Part shown: piece after piece, positions 51,701 through 63,782 of the stretch
Layout: each line of letters begins with the position of its first letter
Position numbering within the stretch: the stretch's first letter is position 1
Assembly (NCBI GenBank): GCA_012026655.1
Contig: JAAILG010000643.1
Span: 1 to 64,000, forward strand
Reading direction: 5' to 3'
DNA from: Hydrolagus affinis
Taxonomy: Eukaryota
Length of the DNA stretch: 64,000 nt
Notes under the pieces: generated by a model
Told to the model about the DNA's origin: nothing
The model's database searches: none
Seen by the model: only the letters and a program-made list of their open reading frames with translations
Translations under genes and position numbers: made by a program

Positions 51701-54700
51701 TTTTTTTTTTTAAAAAGCGGTTATATAAAAAAAATGAAATGATTAAACCCAGAAATGCCAATGAGAGGTTCCAAAGATGTTATATAAATTTCACATGAAC
51801 TCTCCACTGCTTTCATTACTGTCCTGAAATTGTTCCATTTTTCCTACTTGGGCTGTGCAGCTGTTGAAACAGTTTTATTTCTTATTTTATAAGGTGGTAG
51901 TTGAATTATTGCAAGCGTTAAATTGGAGGATATGCTATTGCAGTTGATACATGCACACATACATCTTCACTGAAAAGCTAATACAGTACTGTAATTGGTG
52001 TATGTTTTCCAAGCGTATTGAGTGATTATCTGCAATTGATTGTTAGAAAATGAGCGCTAATCTGTACAGTAAATATATTGATGCTAAAGCTATTGATTTT
52101 TAAAGCAGTAAATCTTTACAGCAGAAGAATTTAATTTACATTTAAAATACGTCCTGACGACTGATCTTCACCATTTACCAAAGTGGCTGCAGCCTGTTAT
52201 GTAAAGTGGCCGGCTTCAGATTGTTGATATATCCCTGTTATTGTATAATTCTTGGCATGTGCGCTATTGTGAGGAGAATTCTCCTATGGCCTTAGATCTA
52301 ACAGTTTAGAACTGTCATTTTGGCAACCATTGCAGTATTAGATGCTGAGCACTTTATTCTGTCCCCCGTTTTTAATGCTGGTGGGTTGGTTTCTGAGAAT
52401 GTGTTATGTTAGCATTGGAAGTGGTATTCAGACAGCTTAGGAATTTCAATGTGGTTTAGTTTGCCAGAGGCATCCCTCTGCATTTGCTTGTGCATGAGCT
52501 AAAAATAAGGAATCATTTCCTATATTTTGCCGGGCCATTAGGGATTAGGTAACGCATGCTTTCTGAACCACTAAATTTACAATGCTGGGAAACATTACCC
52601 ACCAGTTGTGAAGTCTGTGGGTTTGAAGGTCATATTCTGTCTGCCATGACAAAACGCAATGAAAATTGGTGGTATAGTGTTATAATTTTAAGTTTTTAAG
52701 TAATCGAGAAAATTCTATTAATCTTACCGTTTGGAGTTATGATGTTATGAGCTGCATCATTTTCTTTTTCCATGATGTGATGTGCTTCAGAGAGATTGTG
52801 ATTTCAACTTACATTGTGCCAGCTCATACACTGCAGATTAGTACACGCATTCATGATGGGAGATATTAATATAGAGCCCAAGGTCCAAATAGGGAACCCA
52901 GCCTTTAAGAATCAGAGTGCATCACACAGACACAAGTAAACTACACAAACCTCTTCCTGGCTTATCAGAAAAAGATTATTGCAGGCTGGTATGATGCCTT
53001 TCTAATTATCTGCATGATTTCCTTTTGTGACTCAGTTCCTACTCTATTAACAATTCTTATTACAAATCACTGCAAATCCGATCACTTTATTTGAGCTCGA
53101 TGTTAAGGCTGGTGTTTCAGTGCACTGCAGGGAGAGCGTCCTCGGGACGAGATGTTAAACAAGGTCTCTATGGCTATCTGTTCAGCTGGACATCCTCCCC
53201 AGGTGAAAGGCGCTCTATAAATGTAATTTTCTTGTTGTTGGACGTTAAGACCCCCGTGATCAAAAAGAACAAAAAGTTTCCTTTCGATAAAAGTTGGATG
53301 TTAACATCATGGCTGTTTGTGTAACATTGCTGTGTATAGGTTGACTCATAAGTATACAGTAACTACACTCTATAGAAGTATTGTGGAGCTATTTGAGACA
53401 TACTCAATGTTTTAAACACTGTATTAAATGCAAAGATAACTTATTACTGATAATACGCTATTATGTACGCTTATAGCATCAAATCTAATAATTCTGATAA
53501 AGGTATTTAAAAATGGAAAATGTGCAGAGCTATGGAGTAAGGGCGGAGGAGAAGGACTGGTTGATAGCTCTTTCAAAGAGCCAGCAAAGACATGATGGGC
53601 CGAATGGCCTCCTTCCCTGCTGTAAAATTCTATCATTCTATGAATTCACCTGAGAATAAGATTTCTGTTCAGGCCTTTGTATTATCTGTAGAGTGCTTGA
53701 CTCTGCTGGTGTCCAATAATGATGATCTCCTTTTAATCTTACAGGAAAGGCAAAGTATCTACATATTGGAGAGGAGGTTGATGGCATTGACATGCGTGCA
53801 GAAGTAGGAATGTTGTCCAAGAACATATTAATTATGGGGGAAATGGAGGATCGGTGCTATGGTGATAATGCCTGCAAATTTTTTAAGTTTGATACTGTTG
53901 GAGGACACATTAAGGTACAGCATTTTCATCATGTACATCTCATTTCAAAGAACTAATGGGTTACTATGAAAGACTGTAAGGTCTATAAGGAAATTGCAAT
54001 TATTTTATGGAAATAGTCATATGTATCCTTAAATGTTCTTGTTTTCACCAGATGGGAATAGGTTTCAAGGCGACTCACATTGAAGGCGCTGAGCTGAAAC
54101 ACATGGGTCAGCAGTCCATGGGCCATTATCCCATTCATTTTCACATGGCTGGAGATGTGGATGAAAAAGGTGGCTACAACCCTCCAACGTATGTGAAGGG
54201 GGTCTCCATACATGAGTCTTTCTCCCGGTGTGTGACTATCCACGGTTCAAATGGACTACTGGTGAGTAGTGGCATTCATCGAGGCGACAAACAAGACTAG
54301 CAAAAATTGCAGTTTATGTTTACATGCAGTTTCACCCACAAAATATACAGTGAATTCACTTTACAGTATATTCCCTGAAGCATTTTAAGACGTTTTGAAG
54401 ATGCGATACGGCGCTATATTAAATGCAAGGATTATTGTTATTACATTTGCATTATTTTGTGATGGATGTTTTTATAGATAAAACCCCCTGTAATACTCGG
54501 TGTTCTTAAACGAAGATGTGTAAAACGTCTTTTACTGTTTGAAATAATGAATGAACAAGGACTTGATTTGGTTCTAGGAATGTCTCTGGGATTTTACATC
54601 TAAAATAGTTTCCTTTATATCTGTCATTGACGTTTTTAACGCAACCCTCCCATAATTTTCTCTAAATGCATTAATTCTTCACTAATTCAACGAGTGATAA

Positions 54701-57700
54701 TGCACCATGCAATTGCTCTCTTGTTATAGTGTTTTTATGGGTAAAATTCTTTGCATTTTCTGCAGCACTAAAACTGTAAGGGAGTGATGTGATGATCCCA
54801 TCTCTTCGTCTAAAAGCAAATTCCCTGATTGAAAAATGATTCAAACCAAACTCCACTGGTTTTCCTCTAACAAATGCTAGGCTTTCTTCGTCAGTGAAGA
54901 ATTCAGCATGTGTATACTCAAACATCGATAAATACTGAGCTTCCACATCAAATTCATGCGCTATAAACTTCTAAAGCAATTGAATACATTCAGGAGATAA
55001 CTTTATACTGCCTGAGAATCAGTGGCATGTGGTGTAATGAAAAATACATGGGGTTAGGTCACCTGATGGTGTGCCAATAGCCAGAGATTCAGTCAGGCCA
55101 AATCAAAGTGTCCATCGAGAGACAACTAGTGTAGTTAGGGAGCGGGTGTTTGTGAAACGGTACTGTACCTTGTTTTTAAACTCTTCAATTGAAAACATGT
55201 TTCACAAGTAATTTCCTGTTATCAGCCACTGGAAAAACTTACATTTAGTCCTGTACCACATCATCAAATTTCTCCTGACAGCACATTGACTGGGGATTGA
55301 GTGTGTTTTTTTTAAGGTTCACATTTATGTATCTGTGATTTTTTTTTCAAAAAAAGAGGAGGTTAGGGAGTTTCGACCAATTCATTACAGTCTTTCTTTT
55401 TCAATTCCAGCTAACAAACTGATCTGCAAAATTATTTACATTTTTGTGGGTTTCAAAACCGAGAATATAAAGCTTTTGCCGAAACCTTCAGTGTACTATT
55501 ATATTTCTGATTACATTTCCAAGAGCTATCATCACATTTTAACTTTTTCGTTTCCCCTTGGAGAATTTCCACAACTTTCTCAAACTCTTCACTGGGGAAA
55601 TTACCCCATTGATTCCTCCAGTTCAGAGGAAACTTAAGTTTCCCTCACATCTTTCAAATAACGTTCACTTTGTTTTAAAACAAAAGTGCTGGACGCAGAG
55701 AAAACATAGTGTAGAATAGTTTGGGCGTATTTCATCTTTCATGCCCATGGTCGAAAATAAAAATATTTGTATTGCACTAATTGTCCATAATATCTTGTTC
55801 AGAAAGATTATTTTTAATGCAGAACATGTTCTCACGTTACTGTATTGGCTGCTGCCACCTGCTGATTTACAGAGGTCAGTGCCAGGCTTCCAATTCCAGA
55901 CCTGCTATTATGTTGTTTTCTGATTAGTCCTGTGCTGGCTGTTTTTCTTTAAAAAATTCCTTAAGGATTCTTTTCCCTTTAGGTGTGAGCATTGAATTGC
56001 ATCTTAAAAAAAATTACTCCCGTCAATTGTTTTTCTCATTCCATCTGGAGTCCTGTAGCTGAGTGGTTAGAGCACTCGCCTCGCAAGTGAGAGGACCCAG
56101 GTTCGTTTCCTGGGTGGGGTGAAACGTTAGGCAAGTTTCCTTACGCCACAACTTACTGTTTACCGAACAGTAAATAGGAACCCAGTTGTGAGTTGAATAG
56201 CAGATCGCTTTTCCGTGGGTAATAATTCCTTTTAAAAAAAAATAATATTTTGGTCACTCAATCTACTACCATTTGTGGGACAATGCTGTGCGCAATTGGC
56301 TGCCGTATTTCACCCACAAAATATACAGTTGTTTCACTTTACAGTATAGTGTGTGAAGCGCTTTGAGATGTCTCAAAGACGTGTTAAGACACTATTTCAA
56401 ATGCAAGGATTATTGTTTTTTTAAAAAAAAACCTTTCCCATTTTCTGACTCGTCCGTTTTGTTTCCCTCAACTGTATTTCAAAGCATGTCCATGGATCTC
56501 AACTGCCTCTTAGTATAATCACTGACACGTTCACCCAGTGCCATTCTTTTTTTATTAACTTTCCATCCTCCACTCAGCAGAGATCACCAGCTCCCAATGG
56601 CTGCCGGTTCAGTTCTGACGAAAGGTCATGTCCAGGATGATAAGTGCTGACAGACTGACCTTACTGTAGATTTGCAGTATTTTTGTTTTTTTCCCCTTAT
56701 TTCCAGCGTTCTCAGAAGTGTTTTTGTCCCACTTTTTTTTAATATGACTGTAGCTGCCACGTTTAAGGCCAATTTTCAACATTCCAAGCATGTCTGTTGT
56801 ACGTGGAGTGAATTGTATCAGTCCACACCGTGCATCCATTAATACAATCCAGACGGAGAGAAAAGTGACATGCTGGCTTCCGGCCATTGTTGAGCAATCT
56901 GAATTCATTTCATCCTACTTGGGATTTAATTCTCTTCACACCAGTAATCCTGATACAATTCTAAAACGACTCTGAAGCTTTGCTATGTTTATTATTCCCC
57001 ATGCAAAGACTAATGCTCACACACGGTAACTTTAAATTAGAATTCTGTGCAAAACTTCGGTCAGGCGGTTCCTTGGCACCATCACATCAGCAGAATAAGT
57101 TAGATTTATTGCAACAATACAGCAAATATTGTCAATTCAGAAATTGAAGGTGTGATCTGAACAAGGGGAAGGAGGAGGCAAGGTGGAGGGATTGAGCAGG
57201 AGAATTCCATAGTTTTCAGAGGTTGGGGCTGAAAGCACAGCTCAGTAAAAGCTGAGTAAAATGAGTTACAATTAAGTACCGTAATGCTAAAGGCACTGAT
57301 AACAGTAACCTGCACAGAAAACCCGATGCACTGCGTGAATATTGGAAGAGAAAGTAAGGATGGAACACCTTGTTGCTCATTCACTTGTGCATCGGGATTT
57401 TCTCAGTCATGCAACAAAATGTATTGCTCAGTTTACATTGTTTATTCACCCCAAACCACAAGTATATTTTGTTTCAAATTGAGAAAATGTAATAAACATT
57501 ATTTATAACTTGAACTGTGGGTTTGAACGCAGGATTCCTTCTGCTGTTCAGCGGGTCATGTCACCACTAGTCGCCAATGGCCATTAGTTTGAAAATTCCC
57601 TTGGCGGCATAGTGATGAAAGTATAAATTCATAAAGCTTCTTGGCCCAACATGATTTATGTAACCACCAGTGTAGGCCACAGAGACAGGGAGAAGTTTTC

Positions 57701-60700
57701 AGTCTGTGATTTTATACAGTTTCAAGACAAAAAGCTGAATTATTTCTTTTCGAAATTGTGTGTCTGGTGTCTGGAATTAGATCATTATAACTTCAATTCT
57801 GTACTGTGGCCAGTGTTTACATGTTATTACCAAGTCACAAATATGTATTATACCAGCCTACGTAGCCGCCATCTGTGGGCGAGAGACGACCACAAACGAT
57901 CAATCTCTTTAGATCTCCATATCCTCTCTAACTCCCACCCTCCCCTCGTTTAAGACACCATCTCAAAACATGCCTCTTTGAGTACACTTTTGGTCAACTT
58001 TCCCCTCCCCACCCACCTCGGCCCTCACCTGCATCTGATGTGGCCAGCGAGCAGTGTCAAGTGCTTTGCGACATCCTCCTGACATGAAAGGCATTATATA
58101 CAGTATTTACAGTATCTACATTGTCAAAGGCATCATCATCATATTCATTGAATGCGAGTGTGTATACTATCGGAAACATGAATTACCTGCAAATGGAGAG
58201 GTCGCTGCCCGCAATGGGTTTAATTAACTGAAGACAGTTTCAATGCCAAGGCTGGAAGATCACCATCTAAAATTTCATTTAATTCCATTCTAATGGACCA
58301 GTCTGCAAGCTTTTTCTGTTACAATTAATGTAACAACATATTATAAATTCAAGTGAAATTTTTTTACCATGACTGGTATTACATTTTGAAAGCTTATCCT
58401 GCAATCTTGAGTGATTAAACTCACTGAATGATATGTGGTGTGCCTTGCTGAAACGTGACTAATTATTATTGGCATCGCCTTTCAGGTTGCACGTATATAT
58501 TTGCTTATTTCAAATACAAAGCATGTTGATCTGTTTGGCTGCTTAAGGTGTGGCACACAGCCAATGATAATTGTTGATTGTCACCATGCCAGCAGCAAGC
58601 AGTAAAGACACTAATGAGAAAGCAGAGCGGAGATGATTGCACCCGATGCCATAAATAAATAAAGCATAAACAATTTCTCTCGCTATCTCTATCTAGGTGA
58701 AAGATGTCATTGGCTACAATACCCTGGGGCATTGCTTCTTTACTGAAGATGGGGCTGAGGAACGAAACACATTTGATCATTGCCTGGGACTGCTGGTCAA
58801 GGCAGGGACCTTGTTGCCTTCAGATCGGAACAACAAGATGTGCAGTTTCATAACAGAGGGAGCCTACCCGGGATACATCCCAAAGCCCAGGCAGGACTGC
58901 AAGTAAGGAGTAACTTGCGTGCCTTTTAAACACGTATTTCCCAAGTCATTGTTAATTTAATGTGGTTTGAAAACAAGGAGGGCCTAGAAAAATTGTAGTC
59001 CAGCATAATGTCTTTCCCATTTGTGCATGTTGCATTTTACATTTACAGATACTCGTGAATTTGTGGGTTTCCACTAGCCAGTGAAGTTTTCCAACTTTTG
59101 TTAATGTCCTATAGCTTATAATGGGATCGCTTTATATAGTATTATTTGTCATATATATTATTTCTTGTTGTTATACCCAAGGTCAGTAATTTCACAGAGC
59201 GGCCAAATAATTTGTTCAAACACATGAATGCATTATTTCTCAATGTTCAGGTATGATCAAAACTGAGCTACACTGACCAGAAAGTTTACAATAGGCTGCC
59301 TGATTGCAAATCAGTATCCTGGATCATGTATATGCCTCAGATGTATAGCCATATTGAGCATATTATGGTCATAAAGTTGCATCCATAAAACTGATATCCT
59401 TAGGAGGTTCCATCTGGAATGTATCCCTATTTATAAGTTAAGACATGGAGCCTCACTACATTTCTGGAGTCAATCCAGGCTCGGTAGCCCTAAGCCTTCA
59501 ACCCTAGCAAAGTGATTTGTAGAGAACTGCTAGTTACATTAAAAAAACGAGTACATTCTGCATAGTTATATTACCCAGAGCAATGTAGATTGTGGGTACA
59601 GGATACTGACAACGCACCACAAATCATATACAGAGCCATCAAACTAATTACACTTGACATTTTTTTGATAGTGGGCACTTATTTCCAATGCCAAGTATTT
59701 TCAGTTCATGCCTAGTAATGGATTTGTTGTTGTTTTGACATTGAATTCCTAACAGTAACCCACACATTTCTACATGGTAAAAAGGCTACATGTTTAGCTA
59801 AACAAGTAGCTAATGGGAACACGCTTCAAGAGGAAGCTGGAGGATCTGTACAGCAGATGGTTGGATTCAGATGGCTATGGGTCCTGGCACACAGAAGACG
59901 TCCATATGGAACCTACCCAGGGCGTTTGTTTTATAGGACTCAAATTCCCAAGTAACCCTATAAAATGGATAGCCTGGGAAAGCTCCACCTGGAAGGTCCT
60001 TGTTTGTTGGACGTCTCCATCCATTTGAGCAAGAAATCAATGATTCCATTGCTCAGCAAGGCATTCGAATGTGAATATTTGAAAAGTGCTTCTATTGCAG
60101 TAAGCAGCTACTGTATTTAGATATCATGAATATGCATGGCTTTTAGTGTCCTCTAAAACTGCTGCCACACTGATCATATGTTTATGATGGAACTTATTTA
60201 GGGTAGCTATAAGATCCAGGAAGTGGACTTGTAAAGGATAGCTCTACACTGCATCTTTTCCTTGCTCCTATTGCTTCAATATTGTCTTTCTCACTGTCTA
60301 CTGTCAATCCAAGGAGCTCATATTTTGCTGCAATCGAGGTTCAAAGCAGCTTGTTTGTCAATAATTCATGTGCAGTCAATTCACTGTGTCATGAATAAAC
60401 AACATCACATCACTGAATATCTAGAACAACTGCAAGGGCAAAATTTGTTGCAATGTTCCCTTTATGTCACTTGCATCAGTGCCCAATAACAAAAACAACA
60501 ACTTGGATTTATATAGCACCCTCCACGCCGAACGGAGTCTCAGAGTGCAAATTATGGCAATATCCCAGAACCGAAAAAGCAGGAATGTTAGCGAGAGAAA
60601 AGGAGATTGAGAATAGTTACATATAGAAGTTATCTCACAACCCAATATATTTCTGATATGGTTTTCGGTATTCAGACACATGTGGAATCCATCCCCCAGG

Positions 60701-63700
60701 ATATCAAAACCATACTAGGATGTCCAAGCGCCCACCTTCACATGGAAACTCCCATGTTTTGGAATGAAAATGCACGCTTTCTCCCTGGACTGATGCATTC
60801 TGTTTGCCCAATTCTGGAGAATATCGGGCACAGGTTGGCAAGACCCCAGGTTGGGAAACTCAGGTTGTACATTGAGGTACTGCAGGGATTTAACAGGCTA
60901 AAACCATATAGCTTGCCCTTGAAAGCATTGTCTGGCACGCCATTCCATTGCTTGTCTCTATATAACAGTTAGGCATCAGGGGACCAAAACATATTAAAGT
61001 TTGGAATTAATCCATCGAATCTAGTTATTATTCCATTTTATTTGCTAACAGCAGTAAATTTGCCTGTACGTGGGACTATTTTGATTTATTTGCCAAGGTC
61101 AATTTCCTGACGTGTATAAAATCCCCAATAGAATTTTAAATGAGAAATAACTAATTGCAACATTTAATTTAACCACAGAATTCATGCAACACATTTGTTT
61201 ATAAGTGCAACACCAAAAGTTCATCTGCTTTGGGAAAGACGTAATGGAAAGCTAGGAGATTCCATTCCTAATTTTTTGATCTTCCTCTCAGAAGCAAGAA
61301 TATAAACTTGTTATTACAATGAGTAATGCAAACATATACCCTTTTATTTGGAGCTTTAAAAAAAAGTTTATAGTTGAACTTGTGACGTTAGTTGTTAAAG
61401 AAATATTACAGTTGTGCGCAAATATAAACGCCAGCTTTAATTAAACTCAAAGCCGCTGCAATTATTCTGGGTATATTTTGACTTTAATTTTGCATATCAT
61501 TTGGATGCAGATTAGAGAAAGCACAATTCAGATTATATTGCCATTGTAAGAATCTTCTGCTGTAAATTGTATTTATAGCATATGTTAGTATTTCATTACA
61601 GATTTCACGAACAATCAGCTGGCAGGGATATTAAGCCATTGCAGAATGATGTACAGTACCTTAATTCCTCTTTTCCCTGGTGATATTTATTTGGTACTTA
61701 AAACCAGGAGGTTCTGCACTAAATATTGGAGGTCTCTGGTACATAGCTCTTGCAAATTGAAAAGTGCCTTGTTTGGCGAAACGGGTTTAAAAATAATTGT
61801 CGTATCATCCCAAATGCTGAACACGATGAAATCTATCACCTTGGGTGTTTCACTGAGGCTTCCCTTGATGATAATGATCCTTACATTTGATATAGCGCCT
61901 TATCACATCGTTGAGATGTCTCAAAGCGCTTTTACAGAATGTACTGTAAAGTGAATTCACTGTGTATTTTGTGGGTGAAATGCAAAATCCCTTGCTCTTA
62001 GAAATAATAAAACGAATGCTGTGAAGGCTGACTGTTCAGCGCCTTGGGAGGTCCTCCCAACATGAAAGGCGCTCCATTGAGATGCTGATTACACTGATGG
62101 CAAATTTATGTGGAAGAATTCATGAGCTGCAGAAATTAGTTCCCCATTCGTCAAACCATCCTGTTTGATGATCCATGGTTCTGAGCTAAAAAGGCTAAGC
62201 AAGGTTTCAGTTGGATGCATCAGTATAGCCCTTTGCTTTAAGTCCCAACACTAACTGAGCTAGGAATTATAGAATTATTTGGCAAGAAGAGCTTTAAAAA
62301 TAAAAGAAAGGACCACTGCTCTAATTATTTTGTGGCCAAAAAAACAATATGAAATTGATCGGGCTCTTAATAAACCAGTTAAACTCGCATTCTCTGAGCA
62401 CAAATTTTCCTTTCATCAACCTTAACAAACAAGCTCTGAATTGGGGTTAGAAACTCAGTGTTCTTATGCCTTGTGAATCGTTTCTTTATTTTGTTATTTA
62501 ATGGCTTCCAACAAGGGATTGACTAGCTTGATAGGAATGTCATCTGCTTTTATTAAGGACTATATTCTACCTCCTCCCCCACCCCCTCCGCCACCCACCT
62601 CAACCAGAGTACAAAAGGTTGAAATATTGAGAGTAAAACCTTATGAGCCAGTACCCCATGCAAAGGGTCCGAAATAAATGCAAGTTGTTATATTAACATG
62701 AACTGATAATCCATTAATTTACCACAACAGGGTTGACAAACTTAACAAATGAGAAATACCTCACCTTAACATACTAGTTGTGAAGATGCAATGTAAAATT
62801 GGGCTTTCGTTATCAATTCCATTCTGCGACACAATTAGACTTGTTGCCTCCGGCTCAATCTCAATGTCTTTAGTTCTGGTGGCACAGAAGAGGGAATCCT
62901 GCAAAGAGCATCAGGTTTAAAGCATTAAAAACAAGGAGAAAGGGGCGTTTAGGAATAGTTGGCAATTCAGATGTAAAAACAAATTCCCTTTTAGTAGTTG
63001 CCATGACATGAACTCACTAATGCAAGTGATTCTTACAAACCCTGGGATATTGGGTTCCCTTTGAGTGTTTGTGTAAAGTGTAAAATATGAATAGTGTAAC
63101 ATTTACTTTGCAACAGGGAGACGTACAGGAAGAGAAAAATGAAAGGCGTAGAATGAGCTAACTAGTTTCCATTAATACCTCAATCTGTAAATTCACAAGG
63201 CTAGGTTACATATTGTGCACCGTAATGAAATGTTCTGATTAAACAGTTTATCAAATGCAAGTACAGTATTATTATTATTTACCCCTCATTGTGAAAATTG
63301 ATCTTATTAAAAATGATATCCACACAGAATTCCCTATTGGTGTTTATTAACCTATGCCTTGTTTAACTTTACCTGGCTAATAATATGGTAACGGGTCGGG
63401 CATTATGAAATGATTAATGAAACATTCTTGGTTTTGTTACAGTGCTGTTTCCACGTTTTGGATAGCTAACCCAAACAACAACCTCATCAACTCTGCAGCT
63501 TCAGGCTCTGAAGTATGTAAAGCAATCTTCTATCCCACATGTTACCATTTATTGTTCCGCTCGAGTCACGTGGCAGTATTTTAATCTGTGTATCTAATCC
63601 AAAGGAAAAATACCTTTTGAAGTTTTGAAGTCATAAGAATTTTTATGTTGCAGGAAACCGGTTTCTGGTTCATTTTTCACCACGTGCCTACTGGGCCCTC

Positions 63701-63782
63701 GGAAGGAATGTATTCCCCTGGTTATTCCGAACACATGCCACTGGGAAAGTTCGATAACAACAGAGCTCATTCCAACTTCAGG
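39678..63782 (+). CDS. CEMIP: Gene 2 (3' partial): cell migration-inducing hyaluronan-binding protein CEMIP/KIAA1199/HYBID, first 15 coding exons
   Basis: 15 exons join in frame (2178 nt, 726 codons): signal peptide, [36 protein letters not shown], WxxW domain, PKPRQDC and [16 protein letters not shown], all recalled as CEMIP-diagnostic. The gene continues beyond the window. Confidence 0.93.
40925..41037 (+). mobile_element. SINE 3' tail fragment
   Basis: tatacagtcaattcacttta..tatatcaaatgcaaggattatta; another copy at 41360-41463. Confidence 0.75.
41173..41310 (+). CDS. CEMIP: CEMIP exon
   Basis: acaag|CT..GAG|gtatt; [29 protein letters not shown]. Confidence 0.9.
41691..41832 (+). CDS. CEMIP: CEMIP exon (G8)
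   Basis: ttgcag|GC..AAG|gtaaa; [33 protein letters not shown]. Confidence 0.93.
41941..42177 (+). CDS. CEMIP: CEMIP exon
   Basis: cgtag|A..CAA|gtgag; [33 protein letters not shown]. Confidence 0.94.
42447..42626 (+). CDS. CEMIP: CEMIP exon (GG1)
   Basis: ataaag|G..CAG|gtacg; [31 protein letters not shown]. Confidence 0.93.
42657..43076 (+). mobile_element. Deu-core SINE (headless) interrupted by a C/T-rich insert of about 150 nt
   Basis: SINE body continues on both sides of 42843-42996. Confidence 0.75.
46001..46071 (+). CDS. CEMIP: CEMIP exon
   Basis: ttgaag|G..AAG|gtaac; [20 protein letters not shown]. Confidence 0.92.
46200..46430 (+). mobile_element. Degraded L2 3' fragment
   Basis: GLLHVPR..FSY..CNSIP and FKAHFKTYL remnants. 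Confidence 0.6.
46582..46677 (+). CDS. CEMIP: CEMIP exon
   Basis: aacag|GT..AAG|gtaag; [16 protein letters not shown]. Confidence 0.9.
46972..47093 (+). CDS. CEMIP: CEMIP exon (WxxW/CysD domain, first half)
   Basis: ttgcag|AC..CAG|gtaaa; [31 protein letters not shown]. Confidence 0.93.
47356..47503 (+). CDS. CEMIP: CEMIP exon (WxxW/CysD domain, second half)
   Basis: tttag|GCA..CAG|gtttg; ..[22 protein letters not shown]. Confidence 0.92.
49015..49206 (+). CDS. CEMIP: CEMIP exon
   Basis: tgcag|TG..GTG|gtacg; [26 protein letters not shown]. Confidence 0.93.
49606..49708 (-). mobile_element. Penelope-associated short repeat carrying a minimal hammerhead motif
   Basis: The minus strand begins TGTT-CTGATGA-A-GGGTC-GTG-GACCC-GAAATGTT-GACT; body shared with 21297-21431. 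Confidence 0.72.
51132..51454 (-). mobile_element. Full-length tRNA-headed Deu-core SINE
   Basis: Minus strand: GGAGCTCCTGTGGCTTAGTGGTTAGAGCAC..TGCAAG..GTTCGAATCC (A and B boxes, Ala-like TGC loop), core, (TTA)n tail. Confidence 0.9.
53095..53405 (+). mobile_element. Old DeuSINE remnant containing a nested L2 tail (53192-53238)
   Basis: gagatgttaaac..cagctggac/gttaagacccc DeuSINE-like body split by an L2 tail flanked by TGGAC repeats. Confidence 0.6.
53500..53642 (+). mobile_element. CR1 LINE 3' tail
   Basis: gctctttcaaagagcc..gatgggccgaatggcctcc..attctatcattctatg. Confidence 0.78.
53745..53914 (+). CDS. CEMIP: CEMIP exon
   Basis: ttacag|GA..AAG|gtaca; [23 protein letters not shown]. Confidence 0.93.
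54052..54261 (+). CDS. CEMIP: CEMIP exon (PbH1)
   Basis: accag|ATG..CTG|gtgag; [28 protein letters not shown]. Confidence 0.94.
54325..54443 (+). mobile_element. SINE 3' tail fragment
   Basis: tttcacccacaaaatatacagtgaattcac..aaatgcaaggattatt; a reverse copy is at 61868-61985. Confidence 0.78.
56047..56416 (+). mobile_element. Full-length tRNA-headed Deu-core SINE
   Basis: GGAGTCCTGTAGCTGAGTGGTTAGAGCAC..GGTTCGTTTCC head, gtgggacaatgctgtgcgcaattggctgcc core, aaatgcaaggattatt tail. Confidence 0.9.
57870..58100 (+). mobile_element. Degraded L2 3' fragment
   Basis: ctcaaaacatgcctctttg..gacatcctcctgacatgaaaggcattata. Confidence 0.65.
58697..58902 (+). CDS. CEMIP: CEMIP exon (PbH1)
   Basis: atctag|GTG..CAA|gtaag; [31 protein letters not shown]. 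Confidence 0.95.
61868..61985 (-). mobile_element. SINE 3' tail fragment
   Basis: ataatgatccttacatttgatatagcgcc..ctcaaagcgctt..gtgggtgaaa. Confidence 0.78.
63443..63512 (+). CDS. CEMIP: CEMIP exon
   Basis: ttacag|T..GAA|gtatg; [23 protein letters not shown]. Confidence 0.93.
63654..63782 (+). CDS. CEMIP: CEMIP exon (last in window)
   Basis: ttgcag|GAA..AGG|gtagg; [25 protein letters not shown]. Confidence 0.94.

Noticed and set aside
54671-54946. 91-aa minus-strand ORF with protein-like composition inside a CEMIP intron
   Set aside because: No recognisable motif, no ATG at the listed start and no convincing splice signals; it needs a BLAST search before any claim.
56047-56120. tRNA-like sequences here and at 51380-51454 and 25790-25840
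   Set aside because: These are SINE heads followed by core and tail, with imperfect cloverleafs; they are not tRNA genes.
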